This document shows positions 43,371 to 55,190 of a DNA stretch of 64,000 nucleotides, in pieces. The DNA is from Macrostomum lignano (Eukaryota). The first letter of the stretch is position 1. Every line of letters starts with the position of its first letter. Made by a program: the position numbers and the translations under genes. The stretch covers positions 1-64,000 of the forward strand of contig NIVC01001960.1 in the NCBI GenBank assembly GCA_002269645.1. The letters run 5' to 3'. The notes below the pieces were generated by a model. It saw only the letters and a list, made by a program, of their open reading frames with translations. It was not told the DNA's origin and ran no database searches.

Positions 43371-44853
43371 AATCAGTCAGTCAGTCAGTCAGTCAGTCAG
43401 TCAGTCAGTCAGTCAGTCAGTCAGTCAGTCAGTCAGTCAGTCAGTCAGTCAGTCAGTCAGTCAGTCAGTCAGTCAGTCAGTCAGTCAGTCAGTCAGTCAG
43501 TCAGTCAGTCAGTCAGTCAGTCAGTCAGTCAGTCAGTCAGTCAGTCAGTCAGTCAGTCAGTCAGTCAGTCAGTCAGTCAGTCAGTCAGTCAGTCAGTCAG
43601 TCAGTCAGTCAGTCAGTCAGTCAGTCAGTCAGTCAGTCAGTCAGTCAGTCAGTCAGTCAGTCAGTCAGTCAGTCAGTCAGTCAGTCAGTCAGTCAGTCAG
43701 TCAGTCAGTCAGTCAGTCAGTCAGTCAGTCAGTCAGTCAGTCAGTCAGTCAGTCAGTCAGTCAGTCAGTCAGTCAGTCAGTCAGTCAGTCAGTCAGTCAG
43801 TCAGTCAGTCAGTCAGTCAGTCAGTCAGTCAGTCAGTCAGTCAGTCAGTCAGTCAGTCAGTCAGTCAGTCAGTCAGTCAGTCAGTCAGTCAGTCAGTCAG
43901 TCAGTCAGTCAGTCAGTCAGTCAGTCAGTCAGTCAGTCAGTCAGTCAGTCAGTCAGTCAGTCAGTCAGTCAGTCAGTCAGTCAGTCAGTCAGTCAGTCAG
44001 TCAGTCAGTCAGTCAGTCAGTCAGTCAGTCAGTCAGTCAGTCAGTCAGTCAGTCAGTCAGTCAGTCAGTCAGGGCAGACATGGCTGGGAGAAGCGGCAGA
44101 CGAACTGCAGCGACAGCAGGCAGCTCTGGATCAGAGTAGGAAGTTGAATTATTTATGGAATCCATGCTCCAATGCTGAGGTTTGGCTTGGACTATGATTG
44201 TCAGAGATGCTTATCCCGCATGGAGATGAGAAGATTTAGTGCTCTATCCCGGATGAAGGAGAGCGCAATGCGCGCGCCTTTGGCACCTCTGGGATCCCAC
44301 AGCTAATTAGCGCGTCCCGCCAGCTCCCTCTTGGGGCTGCCTTCAATCTGCGGTGCCTAAGACACTCTGCTACAGTCATGATCTTCAAAGCAAATACCGA
44401 TTCCATATGAGCATCGGGGTGGTGCAACAAAAGCAACTGCGTGTTCCAAACTGATCAAGAGTAACCTGAGTAACCTAAGTACTCTAACCTGAGTACCTGA
44501 GTATTCTAACCTGAGTACCTAAGTACTCTAACCTGAGTACCTAAGTACTCTAACCTGAGTACCTAAATACTCTAACCTGAGTACCTAAATATTCTAACCT
44601 GAGTACCTCAGTATTCCAACCTGAGTACCTGTGTACTCCAAACTGATTACCTGGGTATTCTAAACAAAGTATCCAAGATTGCACTAATCCGCGCTGACTG
44701 GAACCATCAGAGCCCCTCACCGATGTGCGAGTCCTGGAAGTGGCCTCCCTGCCTCACGCTGGCCACGTGCATCGGCCCCATCACTGCGGGCCCCTCGTGC
44801 AGCTGATGAGGCTGCGGATGCTGGCTCTGGTGAGCCGGCTCTTGGCCGCTCAT
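29076..44853 (-). CDS. STOM: Stomatin / MEC-2-like band-7 (SPFH) membrane protein; complement(join(29076..29273,31307..31385,32924..32979,35015..35218,41172..41327,41480..41589,44721..44853)), 311 aa with the nearest strong first exon; alternative first exons listed separately
   Basis: Translation: [101 protein letters not shown]...|[99 protein letters not shown]. These are canonical stomatin motifs, including the hairpin Pro and the C-terminal STIIFPLP. Splice phases are consistent. Exact orthology (stomatin vs mec-2 paralog) is not determinable here. Confidence 0.92.
29398..30640. repeat. 22-bp minisatellite GAGAGTGATAGAGAGGGAATCA, about 56 copies, last stomatin intron
   Basis: Direct periodicity. 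Confidence 0.96.
31422..32890. repeat. 43-bp minisatellite AGAGGAGATGAAGCTGTGATTGGTCAG(T/C)GAAGGTGAGGA(TAA/GAG)G, about 34 copies, stomatin intron
   Basis: Direct periodicity. Confidence 0.96.
34395..34632 (-). mobile_element. SINE family B, copy 2, lacking the tRNA head; abuts family A copy 1 head-to-head
   Basis: Reverse complement reads CATTAATTTTGGGCT...GGGCCAACC...AAGGCACAGAGAGTGTACATGCCTGACGATTAGAAAGTCAGGGCCGCTGTACACC, with a short internal duplication. Confidence 0.72.
34650..34872 (+). mobile_element. tRNA-derived SINE with CORE-like domain (family A, copy 1)
   Basis: B-box GGTTCGATTCTCGACCC, then GAGCAAGACACTTAACTCTGCATTGTTTCAGTTCACCCAGCTGTAAAATGGGT; shares about 150 nt with 61215-61368. 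Confidence 0.8.
35285..36925. repeat. 14-bp minisatellite TAGTGTCTGAGTCT, about 115 copies, stomatin intron
   Basis: Direct periodicity with variant blocks. Confidence 0.96.
37660..38700. repeat. Degenerate 19-23-bp GCCGAATCT-based repeats in two blocks (about 37660-38220 and 38512-38700) split by a unique AT-rich segment
   Basis: Units GCGCCGAATCTAGAATCTGTG and GGCCGAATCTGCATGGAATCTAT. Confidence 0.9.
39105..41125. repeat. 27-bp minisatellite CAGCACCCT(C/G)TCATTACAGGGCTGGGT, about 75 copies, stomatin intron
   Basis: Direct periodicity; source of the spurious 759-aa LGQHPLITG ORF. Confidence 0.97.
41776..41825. repeat. (ATTG)n microsatellite
   Basis: Direct. Confidence 0.9.
41846..42032 (-). 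CDS. Weaker candidate alternative first exon of the stomatin-like gene (MLLSPPHVSQ...GHTGCCAKCCTAVILSCGGPG)
   Basis: ATG at 42032; 62 codons + 1 nt; donor G|GTCAGC; phase 1; GC-rich; ATTGG (reverse CCAAT) at 42452-42456. Donor is weaker than for the other candidates. Confidence 0.35.
43338..44072. repeat. (TCAG)n microsatellite, about 730 bp, nearly perfect
   Basis: Direct. Confidence 0.98.
44460..44665. repeat. 22-bp minisatellite TACTCTAACCTGAGTACCTAAG
   Basis: Direct periodicity, degenerate at the ends. Confidence 0.88.
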
Positions 44854-46051
44854 ATTGCGAGTCCGTAAAAGACTTGAAATCGAGCGCAGACGCGAACCCA
44901 CCGAATCGAATGGGGGAACTCAAAAGCGGAGTCTCTGCCTCTTCTAAAAGCAGCAGGGTCCCTCAGATAATTCTCAGCTTCAATGCAGCCAATCACAGCC
45001 GGTGGGCGACCAGCTCAATCTCCATCACAGAGCAGCCGCCCTGCCTCTCCCCCATCTCAGCCTGCGAGTCTGCGGCTTGCCACTCAGCATTTTATGGCTC
45101 CGTGGAGACTCAGCGCCTTTCCTAGCGACTCCTCGGCCTCTCAAATTCAATTCTGCACTTCAGATGCCACTTTGTTTGCCAGCCGCTAATCCTAATCCTT
45201 CCTTGGGCCCTTAATTTAATCCCCGGGCCGAGCTGAGCTGCCTCCTCATCAAATGCAGGCTCGGAGGACTCGGGGGGGGGGGGGGCGAGGCGCGGACACG
45301 TAATGGACATGTTTTGCCCGGTACTGGGAAAGAAAACTTCGGACGACCCAATCCCGAACTGAGGGCAGATAACCCTAATCCTCGGGATTAAGCCTGACCG
45401 ATCAGATTATAGTCGGGGAAGTCTTATATTCGATCCGACTTCATGAAGATGACTCGAGTCTGTGATAGGATAAAAGTCAAAGCTCTAATTGGCCCTAATC
45501 CGTGGAACAGGTAATCGAATAGCCAGATGGGCGCCAATGCCCTACTTGTTAATTAATTTTACAAATCGACAAGTTCATTTTAAAACTCGACGCAAACTCG
45601 GCCAGTCTACTTTAAGTAGAGAAATGGCTTTTTTCGCACTAAAAAATCAATTTAGAAATGACGATGAAGAAAAGCATCCGTTGAGAATCTGCCCGGCTCC
45701 GATGAAGAAGAAAGTACTTCTAAAAGAGGAACTCAGATTACTCGGCAATGCATTTATAACAACCCATGAAAGCATGCTAGAGGCGAGCGAGTACAGGTGG
45801 GTTAGGGCTACAAGACGGGTAGTTTCGTAGCCGAGAGATTGATGTAACAAAGAATGCCACAGTCGATTGCCATTCTCGGTGAATGCCTGCACCAAGCTGT
45901 CTCTGATTTCTAAACTGAGGAATCGATCTGAGGGCAGAGTTGGGGTTGGCCCAGCCTCTGCTTCGGTGATGAAGCCCGAGCAAGAAGACGCCAGGCCCTG
46001 GTGTTTTTTCAACGCTGCAACTCGTAGCCACACTGAGCCCGGCCCGCAGTG

Positions 46052-46065
46052 GTCGTCATGGCAAC
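46052..46065. promoter_or_regulatory. Candidate RFX X-box GTCGTCATGGCAAC
   Basis: Matches the GTHNYYATRRNAAC consensus; lies between two candidate stomatin first exons. Confidence 0.35.
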
Positions 46066-46218
46066 GCATCGCATTCCAAAATGCCCCCGCCTCCCCAAGG
46101 GAAGTCGGAAGGGTCCGCCAGTCGCGGAATCCGTAATAAAAATATTTATTCTAAATTTGTACTGCAGAACAGCGGATGGCTAGAGAGCGGACTCAAGTCA
46201 ATGAAACCCGCCACTCAC

Positions 46219-46363
46219 TGACATCGTAGCCAGGCTTCATCGGGGTGGTGGAAGCTGCGCCAAAACTCTCGGCCATGCCGCCGGATGCTCCTTCGCCGTC
46301 GCAGTGTTCAATAATTTCGTTGTCTTCGTCGCCCGGAATCGCCTTGGTGCTGCCGCCGCTCAT
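46219..46363 (-). CDS. Candidate alternative first coding exon of the stomatin-like gene (MSGGSTKAIPGDEDNEIIEHCDGEGASGGMAESFGAASTTPMKPGYDV)
   Basis: ATG at 46363; 48 codons + 1 nt; consensus donor A|GTGAGT. Phase 1 matches the acceptor of exon 41480..41589. CCAAT at 46636-46640 upstream. Confidence 0.7.
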
Positions 46364-48000
46364 CACGGGCTGTCTCTACTGGTTCGGTCCTGGCCTTCCT
46401 CTGCTCCCCTTGCTTGGCGCTCGCTATTTTATTTCTTCCTATCTTATTTTTCAGCTTTCACTACCAAGGACCGAAAGAACGGACACGCTGCTGCTGCTGC
46501 TGTCTTCTTCCCCCTCTTCGTGTCCACCTCACCCCCCCCCCGCTCCCGTGGCCCCGCTGTCATTATGTGAGCACCGCTGCCTCCGCCCTCTCCTCTGGCG
46601 CCCCCCGGCGGGCCCTCCCACCATCCTCCACCTTGCCAATCGGCCAGTGAGGGTCGGTGGGGAATCTTCTGGGGGTTGGGGTGGGGTGGGGGTAGAGAGT
46701 CGGGACTGGGGGGAGGGGAGCTGCCCCAGGATAGGAGATTGAGTACGCCAGGAGCCCGGGGACAGGGACTGATTTAGCAAATAGAGGGGCTGAGAGCTGA
46801 GATGCTGGGGCCGGGCCCGCTGGCGGGAGGGTATTGAGCAGGGGTGCCCAGCAACCGCTAGGAGTGGGAGAGAAAAGTGGCGGCCGCCCACACGACTCCT
46901 CCCAGTGTGTGTTTTTCTCGGTTATGCAGCTCTCCCAGCATCTCGTCCCAGCTCCTTAATCATCATCAGCACCGCGCCATCATCGGCATAAATTCCATGC
47001 TGGAATTTCCCGTGTTCCTTGCTAGGCAGCTAGATGGGCGCCGAGAATGGGAGGTGAAAGCTCTTCTATTAGCAGCAGACTATGGAACTGGGAGCTGGGA
47101 GTAGCCCTGACCCGCCGCCCTCCTTATTCACTCATTTTTCCCATTGACACGAAAGTTAACTTCCCCTCCCCAGTTGAATGGCCGGCTCAATGAACTAATG
47201 CTTGATCAGCCAAGCCCTCTAGGGACTGCTAGCGGCGCTGCGAGGTCAAGCCTGCCCTATCTCGGGACCGAGGCCAAGGAAATTTGATTGCGGCCCCGAC
47301 AAAAGTGCACGGGCTGCTGTGGGGATTCGGCGATTTTATAGCACCGAGTTGCCGCGTGCAACAAAGTCGGTGTTAGTTTAAAAGTGTGCCTCAGTGACCC
47401 CATTGGAAACCTTTTCTCAGTCTTAGCTGCCCCCACCCCACCCGCTGTCTGAGGAGGTTTCAGTTTCTCCAGCCGAAGATGCAGCTGCGGCTTCAATTGC
47501 AATCAACTGCGGCGGCTGCCCCGAAGGGAGGAGAGCAGAGAGAGAGGGAGAGGTTGGAGCAGCGGTCAGGTATTGGCTACCAGGCTTTAGCGAAGATCCA
47601 ACCTAGTTGCTGACAGTCTAAAGAACTCCAACTGTTAAAAAACTAGGATCCTATAGAGCCGATGAGAGCTGCTGGGGGGGGGGGTAGAAAGGCAATCGCA
47701 GCGCGGGATTAACGAAGATCGCATCCCCTCCCACCCAGTCTGCCCAGATAGATCCCAAAGCGAGACAAAAGCTCAAAGCTTGAGAGCTCAAAGCGACTGG
47801 CCAAATGAGATAAGTTCGCCACACACACGCACACACACACACACAGGTCTCTGGGCCTCGCCCACTCTGCCTGGAATTCTTGTATGAACTCCTCGCCAGC
47901 CCGCGGGGCGACCAAGGCGATTGAGTTAAGGACGAAGGCCGGGAGTTCTAGAGAGTGAATCTTCAGTGAAAAGGATCACTCGGGTTTCGAATGGGGTGTC

Positions 48001-48302
48001 ACAAACTCAAAACTTCACAGATTTCAAACTTCACAGATTCCAAAATTCACAAATCCCAAACTACACAAACCCTAAACTACACAAACCCCAAACTACACAA
48101 ACCCTAAACTACACAAACCCCAAACCACACAAACCTCAAACTACACAAACCCCAAACCACACAAACCCCAAACCACACAAACCCCAAACCACACAAACCT
48201 CAAACTACACAAACCCCAAACTACACAAACCCCAAATTACACAAACCCTAAACTACACAAACCCCAAACTACACAAACCCCAAACTACACAAACCTCAAA
48301 CT
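48001..48302. repeat. 16-bp minisatellite CTACACAAACCC(C/T)AAA
   Basis: Direct periodicity. Confidence 0.92.
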
Positions 48303-49933
48303 GCTTTCCCAAGACGTCCCCAAGACCCAGGGTTCAGCCTAGCAGAAGCCGCTGGGAGCGACACGCACAAACGGCGGCTGCATCTCATTGCGAGCATTGG
48401 AAAGTTGAGAAGCAGTTAAAAAACCCACTTCATGCTCTCATCCGGAGATCCAGGCTCTCTCTCTCACGCACTGTCACTCTCGGCTTCAGCGAGATGTTCC
48501 AAAGACCCTATTTTATGCCTGCCCCTCTCAGCCAGCACACTCGCCCTCCACCGTAAGGGTCAGTGTTAATTTCTCTTCCCTCACTGGACGCTGTGTGACC
48601 AGGGCCACTGGCTCAAACCCGCTGGGACTGCGGTAGACGCTGAAAACAGGTCTTCTTCTTTTTCATCTCCCTATCCTTATCTTCTCTCTCTCTCTCTCCG
48701 TCCCCTCGCTGTCTCACGGTCTATCTCCTCCCTGGTTTCTGCCTGAGCTCTCTTAAATTCACTGCGTCAGCTTCTTCTTGGTATTGAATTGCAAAGTCTA
48801 TGCTAATCCGCGCGATACTACTGATTCAGCATTAACTAGTAGTATTTGAAGTATAGTCCAGTTAAAAAATGCAGAAGCAAAAGCATGGACGCAGTTTCTA
48901 TTTCTGTGATCTCTAGCTAGTAACTTTTCGGCATAACCTATTCATTTAACATTTTTAGACACACAATGTTCACCTCTCTATGTCCCTGTGTGGCTTGGGA
49001 ATCTGCGGTCCTGACACTCTGGATCCAAGCAGGCGAGTGGGAGACAGGAAGAGAGAGGCAGGCAGGAGAGGAAGGGGAACAGCAACTGGCGCTGTTTTAA
49101 CAGAAAGTGACGGACAGGAGTGCAGAAGGACCGCCGGTTAGGAGTGCGGCAAGTTTATTGGGGCTGGCTTCAGGGGGGGTGGCAGAGAGGGGAAGTCGCA
49201 TTTCTTTTTCAGCTCTGCGGAATAAGTGCAATAAATGCATCATCAGTTCTCAGTTTGCTGCTGAGTTTCCAAAATCGTTGAATTACAGACTGTTGGTCTG
49301 AGGCTGCCTGCCTCTCGTGTTACTCATTTTTTTGTTCAGTCGCAGCTCCCGAGATAATCATCGCCTTTTTATGCACCGGAGATGGCAGGCGGCTGTCCGG
49401 GCCCTGCTGAGCCGGCTGGGGCAGGGCGAGGAGGGGAGGCGGGTGGCCAGCGTCTGGGACAGAAATTTGAAGTGGGGCCTAATTAGCGAGAAGGCAACTC
49501 CCCAGGGGAACGAAGAAAGCATTAAAGAGAAAGAAGGGGGAAATGCTTTGCTTAAGCCCTGCGTGCGCCTCTTGTAGCAGAGTAGATACCGGATAGGTGG
49601 GAGATGACCAGAGCTGTATATCTAAGCATTGGCCTTGATTGATGGGGCTCAGAGCCGAGTCTAGCTCTTGTCCAGCCGCTTTTCTTTCCAGCGTTGATGG
49701 CGGCTTGCAGGCTTGCAGCAGAACTCAAGACAGAGTTGAGATGAAGGCTGGGATGAGGAATCCGTTTTTGTTTCTGTGCTAATAGTATTAGTATTCCCAC
49801 AATGCTCTGAATAAACTATACTTTATTTAACAAAGTATATTGATGAAACGATGCAATGGGCTAATGGTGTAATGATGTAGCTCATAATTCTGTAGCGATG
49901 TAATGATGCAGTGATGTAATGTATTGGCATGAT

Positions 49934-50155
49934 GGGGGCCGTAGCCCAGTGGTCCAGCGCGGCGCTCCGATGTGCCAGCGGCCCAGGCTCGATTCCAAGT
50001 GCAGTCACATTAATTTGGGGCTAAATTGGAATCTCGGCTTGGCTCTGCTCGTGCCAGCCCCCAAGGCACAGTGAAGTGTACATACCTAACGATAAATAAA
50101 GTTAGGGCCGCTGTACACTCCTGAGTGTGTGCCTGCGCGTGTGACTGCTCAGAGG
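49934..50155 (+). mobile_element. tRNA-derived SINE (family B, copy 3)
   Basis: Head GGGGGCCGTAGCCCAGTGG...GGCTCGATTCC (A and B boxes). Body CACATTAATTTGGGGCT...AAGGCACAGTGAAGTGTACATACCTAACGAT...GTTAGGGCCGCTGTACAC. Confidence 0.75.
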
Positions 50156-51806
50156 AGTCGGCGGAATGGGCAGCAATGCCTCTCGCCGGTTGTGTGACAA
50201 TTTCGCTTAAAGTGCGCCAGGGTGCACACAGTCCCTCTGCCTCTATAGTCTAACAAAAATATGGTATACTGATTTAATGTTGTAGTGATGTACTGTGACT
50301 TGGAGTGGCAAGTGTGTTTTGCTAGTTACTGTACCGAAAAAGGTGCTGGAGTTCCAATATTTAGCGCCTCCATTCTGCAGCAGAAATGTATACTCAGCAA
50401 TATCGATAGTCGCCATCACAGAAGATTCCGTCTTCTGTCAGTCTCTCAATCTTTGCGAGTGACGCAACTTAGCGACGCCTCGGCGGACTTGAGTTGAGGA
50501 ATGAAGTGGGGGGGAGCGGTGTGCGAGGGTTGGACGGATTAAAGCTACCCCGATCAGTTTTCTCGTATCTTTTATTTCAGAATAGTCCAAGAGAAATTGC
50601 TCACTGGCGCATAGAGTGGCGGCTTTTCAATGTTGCTGAGTATACTCTTTAGTAGTTCCAGTCCCTGCTAAGCTCAAATTAAGAAGTCGGACTTCGAGTT
50701 GCAATGCAGATTGGAGCACAAGTTTCTCTCCGGAATATCAGCCGCACTCACCCTCTTTTGCTCTGCTCTGAATCAGTTGAGTCCGTGAGCCAAATCGTCC
50801 AGTAAAACAGAGAGAGAGAGAGGGGGGGAACCGGGAACGCAAACCGATGAGGACTCCAGGGATTCACAAGCAGCTGCGATTGCTTGCCAAGCTGAAGAGA
50901 GAAAAATAGGCTGGGCGAGGCGGGGCGGCCTGTCCAAGGGGATCCGGGCAAGTGAAGTTTTTTCGGATGGGAGGGAAGTCGATGGGATAAGGCAGGAGGT
51001 GCCTCCGCACTAGTAGGTAAAGAGCATTGGCATCGAGATAAGAAGATTTCCTCTGGCTCGAGTGAGTTTCCAGTCCGGAATGCCCGGTGACGCTGGGCTC
51101 CGCTCTCATTTCCCCGGGTTCTCATCAAAGTTATATGTTATGTATCCATGCCGCCGAATCGGTCCACAAACTGCCGGAGCTCCTTCGCTCATCTCCAACT
51201 AGCAACCCCTGTCTATCTTTCTTATTACATGCGTTGCACTTCTGCGCCATAAGTCAGTGGGAGACCGGATTTATTTCATCTCGTAATAAACAGTTGGCCA
51301 CTGGGACAAGCTGGGCCGGGACTTCTGGCTTCTGTATATGGTGGCATTTTTAAAGACACGACTCTCCATCCCCTTATACTGACTGCAGAATTCTTTTTGG
51401 AGAGGGCGGAATTATCCCTGCATTTATCTTTGGGGAATAATTGATGGGAGCTTCCCACGGCTGCTTGCGGCTGTGCGGAACCTAGTTTACTAGCAATAAT
51501 TGCGCTGCGAGCTCTGCGCTTTCTCTCTTGTCCTTGCTGTCTCTCTCTGTCTTTCTCACTCTCCTGTTCTGTCGCCTCTGCCTCCTCTCACCTCTCTTCC
51601 CCTCCTTTCTCCTGTCTCCTCTCACTCCACTCTCCTTCCGCTGTCTAACCTGTCTCCTGTCCCCTGTCCCCTGTCCCCTGTCTCCCGTACCGTTTCTCCT
51701 GGCTCCCGTCTCCTGTCTTTCATCTCCTCTCACTCCTTTCTCCTTTCTGTTCTCTCTATCATATCCCCCTCTAACTCACCCCCCCCCCCCTAAAGTCCCT
51801 TTAAGC

Positions 51807-52163
51807 CAGGGGTCGGAAATTCCGGCCCGCGAGGCCTCTCTCTCCTGCCCTCGGGTCTTTTGAAACTTCACACTAGCAATCCGGCCCGCTTAAGTTTCTC
51901 TTCACTCCTCTCCTCTCTTCCCTATCCTCTCTAGTTCTTTCCCATCTCCTCTCTCCCTCTCTTTTCCTCTTTTCTTCTCTCCTCTCTCCCTCTTCTCCTT
52001 TCTTTTCCCATCCCCTCTCTCCCTTCTACTCTCCTCTTATCCCACAACATAGCGCTTCTCTCATTCTCATTCTATTCTCTCTTCTTTCCTCTATCACCTG
52101 GCACGCAGCCACGATTTGGATTTTTTATATGGCCCTTGAGGCAAAAAAGTTTGCCGATTCCTG
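51807..52163. mobile_element. 357-bp hAT-family MITE
   Basis: Left end CAGGGGTCGGAAATTCCGGCCCGCG; right end AAAAGTTTGCCGATTCCTG. Perfect 8-bp TSD CTTTAAGC at 51799-51806 and 52164-52171. CAGG...CCTG termini, CGGCCCGC subterminal motifs and an 8-bp TSD are typical of hAT elements. Confidence 0.85.
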
Positions 52164-52171
52164 CTTTAAGC

Positions 52172-52468
52172 CCTCTCTTCTCCCTCTCTTCTCCCTCTCT
52201 TCTCCCTCTCTTCTCCCTCTCTTCTCCTCTCCCTCTCTTCTCCCTCTCTTCTCCCTCTCTTCTCCCTCTCTTCTCCCTCTCTTCTCCTCTCTTCTCCCTC
52301 TCTTCTCCCTCTCTTCTCCCTCTCTTCTCCCTCTCTTCTCCCTCTCTTCTCCCTCTCTTCTCCCTCTCTTCTCCCTCTCTTCTCCCTCTCTTCTCCCTCT
52401 CTTCTCCCTCTCTTCTCCCTCTCTTCACCTCCTCTTCTCCCTCTCTTCTCCCTCTCTTCTCCCTCTCT
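52172..52468. repeat. 11-bp pyrimidine repeat TCTCTTCTCCC immediately right of the hAT MITE
   Basis: Direct periodicity. Confidence 0.93.
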
Positions 52469-53502
52469 TCAAAGTTCGATATTGAGCTAGTGAAGCAAGC
52501 AAGCAGATTGTAGAGCTAACCGAAGACAAACTATAGCGAAATTAGGCAAATTCGCTAAGCGCATGGGGTCGCACCTCCTCCTTCCCAAAGTCCCCCGCTC
52601 CCTATAACCCCAGCAATAGTGCAAGTGGTCCTCATTGTCGCTTGTTTGCAGCCCCAGCGTCGCTACCTGCTGTTGGCCAGATCAAGTGCAAATCGATGAG
52701 CCAAGTGCAAAATATGGAGCATTTCTGAATAGGTCAATAAGCTGCACAACATTTCTAGAAGAGACGCCGGGCCTAGACTTCTTCTAGAAGAGAAAAAAAT
52801 CAATTCCTGCCTCGAGGCTGCTGCTCGACAGGCGGCGGGTGGGCCGGCAGCGGCCAAAATAGATCGAATTTACGCTGGAGAGGCGGCCGCCAGTCCCGCC
52901 ACCGAACCGCCCCGGCTTCCGGGCCTGGAGGGGGGGGGCAGAAAACTGGGCAGAAACCAGAAGCGAGGCGATTTCGCCTTTAGATAGATTAGCAGTAGAG
53001 AAGAGGACAGAGGCGGATCCACCTGCCGAGTTTCATTGCAAAGCGCAGGGTGACTCAAGCCGAGATTGGAAATCAGAGAGGGGGAGAGAAGATTAGCGCC
53101 TAACGGTAAACACTACACTGCGGGGCGGAGATGCAGATGAACATTCGCCAGAAATCCCAGCGGAGCAAGGCTGGCTGGGGAGGCGAATAACGAATGGGGA
53201 ATGGAAGGTGGAGGCGGGGAATTCTTGGGAAAATCTCGGCCCAGGGTGTTGGCCACAGGCTCCAGAATCTCTCTTCATCTTTCTCTCCTTTAGCTATTTT
53301 CCATTTTATCAAGCAGCACAAATCTGATTTAGCTGGAGCTGCGCAGAGGATCATAGGGATACCCAGGCAAGGGTCAGGCCCCGTCACTGCTGACTCCTCT
53401 CTCATTCACTCTGACTTCCCACTCTCTCTTTTTATGCGAAAGTCCTGCCACGGGGCTCTAGATAGAGCATCTGGATGGGCTGCCCTCTGCTCTGGAGTCT
53501 CC

Positions 53503-54345
53503 GATGGACACCCATCTCCACTATGGACACCCATCTCCACTATGGACACCCATCTCCACTATGGACACCCATCTCCACTATGGACACCCATCTCCACTAT
53601 GGACACCCATCTCCACTATGGACACCCATCTCCACTATGGACACCCATCTCCACTATGGACACCCATCTCCACTATGGACACCCATCTCCACTATGGACA
53701 CCCATCTCCACTATGGACACCCATCTCCACTATGGACACCCATCTCCACTATGGACACCCATCTCCACTATGGACACCCATCTCCACTATGGACACCCAT
53801 CTCCACTATGGACACCCATCTCCACTATGGACACCCATCTCCACTATGGACACCCATCTCCACTATGGACACCCATCTCCACTATGGACACCCATCTCCA
53901 CTATGGACACCCATCTCTGCTCTGGAGTCTTCCATGGACACCCATCTCTGTTCTGGAGTCTCCCTATGGACACCCATCTCTGCTCTGGAGTCTCCCTATG
54001 GACACCCATCTCTGCTCTGGAGTCTCCCTATGGACACCAATCTCTGCTCTGGAGTCTCCCTATGGACACCCATCTCTGCTCTGGAGTCTCCCTATGGACA
54101 CCAATCTCTGCTCTGGAGTCTCCCTATGGACACCCATCTCTGCTCTGGAGTCTCCCTATGGACACCAATCTCTGCTCTGGAGTCTCCCTATGGACACCCA
54201 TCTCTGCTCTGGAGTCTCCCTATGGACACCCATCTCTGCTCTGGAGTCTCCCTATGGACACCCATCTCTGCTCTGGAGTCTCCCTATGGACACCCATCTC
54301 TGCTCTGGAGTCTCCCTATGGACACCAATCTCTGTTCTGGAATCT
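53503..54345. repeat. Compound minisatellite: 19-bp CTATGGACACCCATCTCCA (about 53503-53915), then 32-bp GACACCCATCTCTGCTCTGGAGTCTCCCTATG (about 53915-54345)
   Basis: Direct periodicity; the two units share a core. Confidence 0.95.
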
Positions 54346-54799
54346 CCAGAGCAGAACTCTGAACTCTGAGCAGAACTCTGAACTCTGAGCAGAACTCTGA
54401 ACTTTTACATCTTCGATGAATTTAAAATTCAGCAATAAGTTTCCAATCCGGATAGCTAATTTTAGTAATCCATGGTCCCGCCCACCGGTTTTTAATCGCC
54501 ACGGATGGACAGTTGCGCCAGAAACTGAAAGCAGACAAGAATGCAGCAATTCTGTTTACTTTCTCGCTCGCAAAAAAATGAAGTGCAAGACACAGCAGAC
54601 TGCGTTCGCTTCAGTTCGAACGCATCGGAATGCCTTCGTTGGTTAAAAAGCTGAGAGGCCCTGCGCGTGTCTGGCTAACAAGGACAGGCCGCCTACCTGC
54701 GTATCTGCTTCTTCTTTACCTGGATAGCGCTCGGGCAGCGTGCATGCATCAGGGTAGCCGAAACTGAATTTTAGGGAATCGCAGTAGGAACTTTTCCGC

Positions 54800-55190
<391 letters not shown>

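Noticed and set aside
45489-46136. Several 85-140-aa ORFs on both strands
   Set aside because: No ATG/splice framework or known motifs; consistent with random ORFs in moderately GC-rich intronic DNA.
50745-50830. GTGAGT donor at about 50751 (minus) as another stomatin first exon
   Set aside because: No nearby in-frame ATG found; it could be a non-coding exon but is unsupported.
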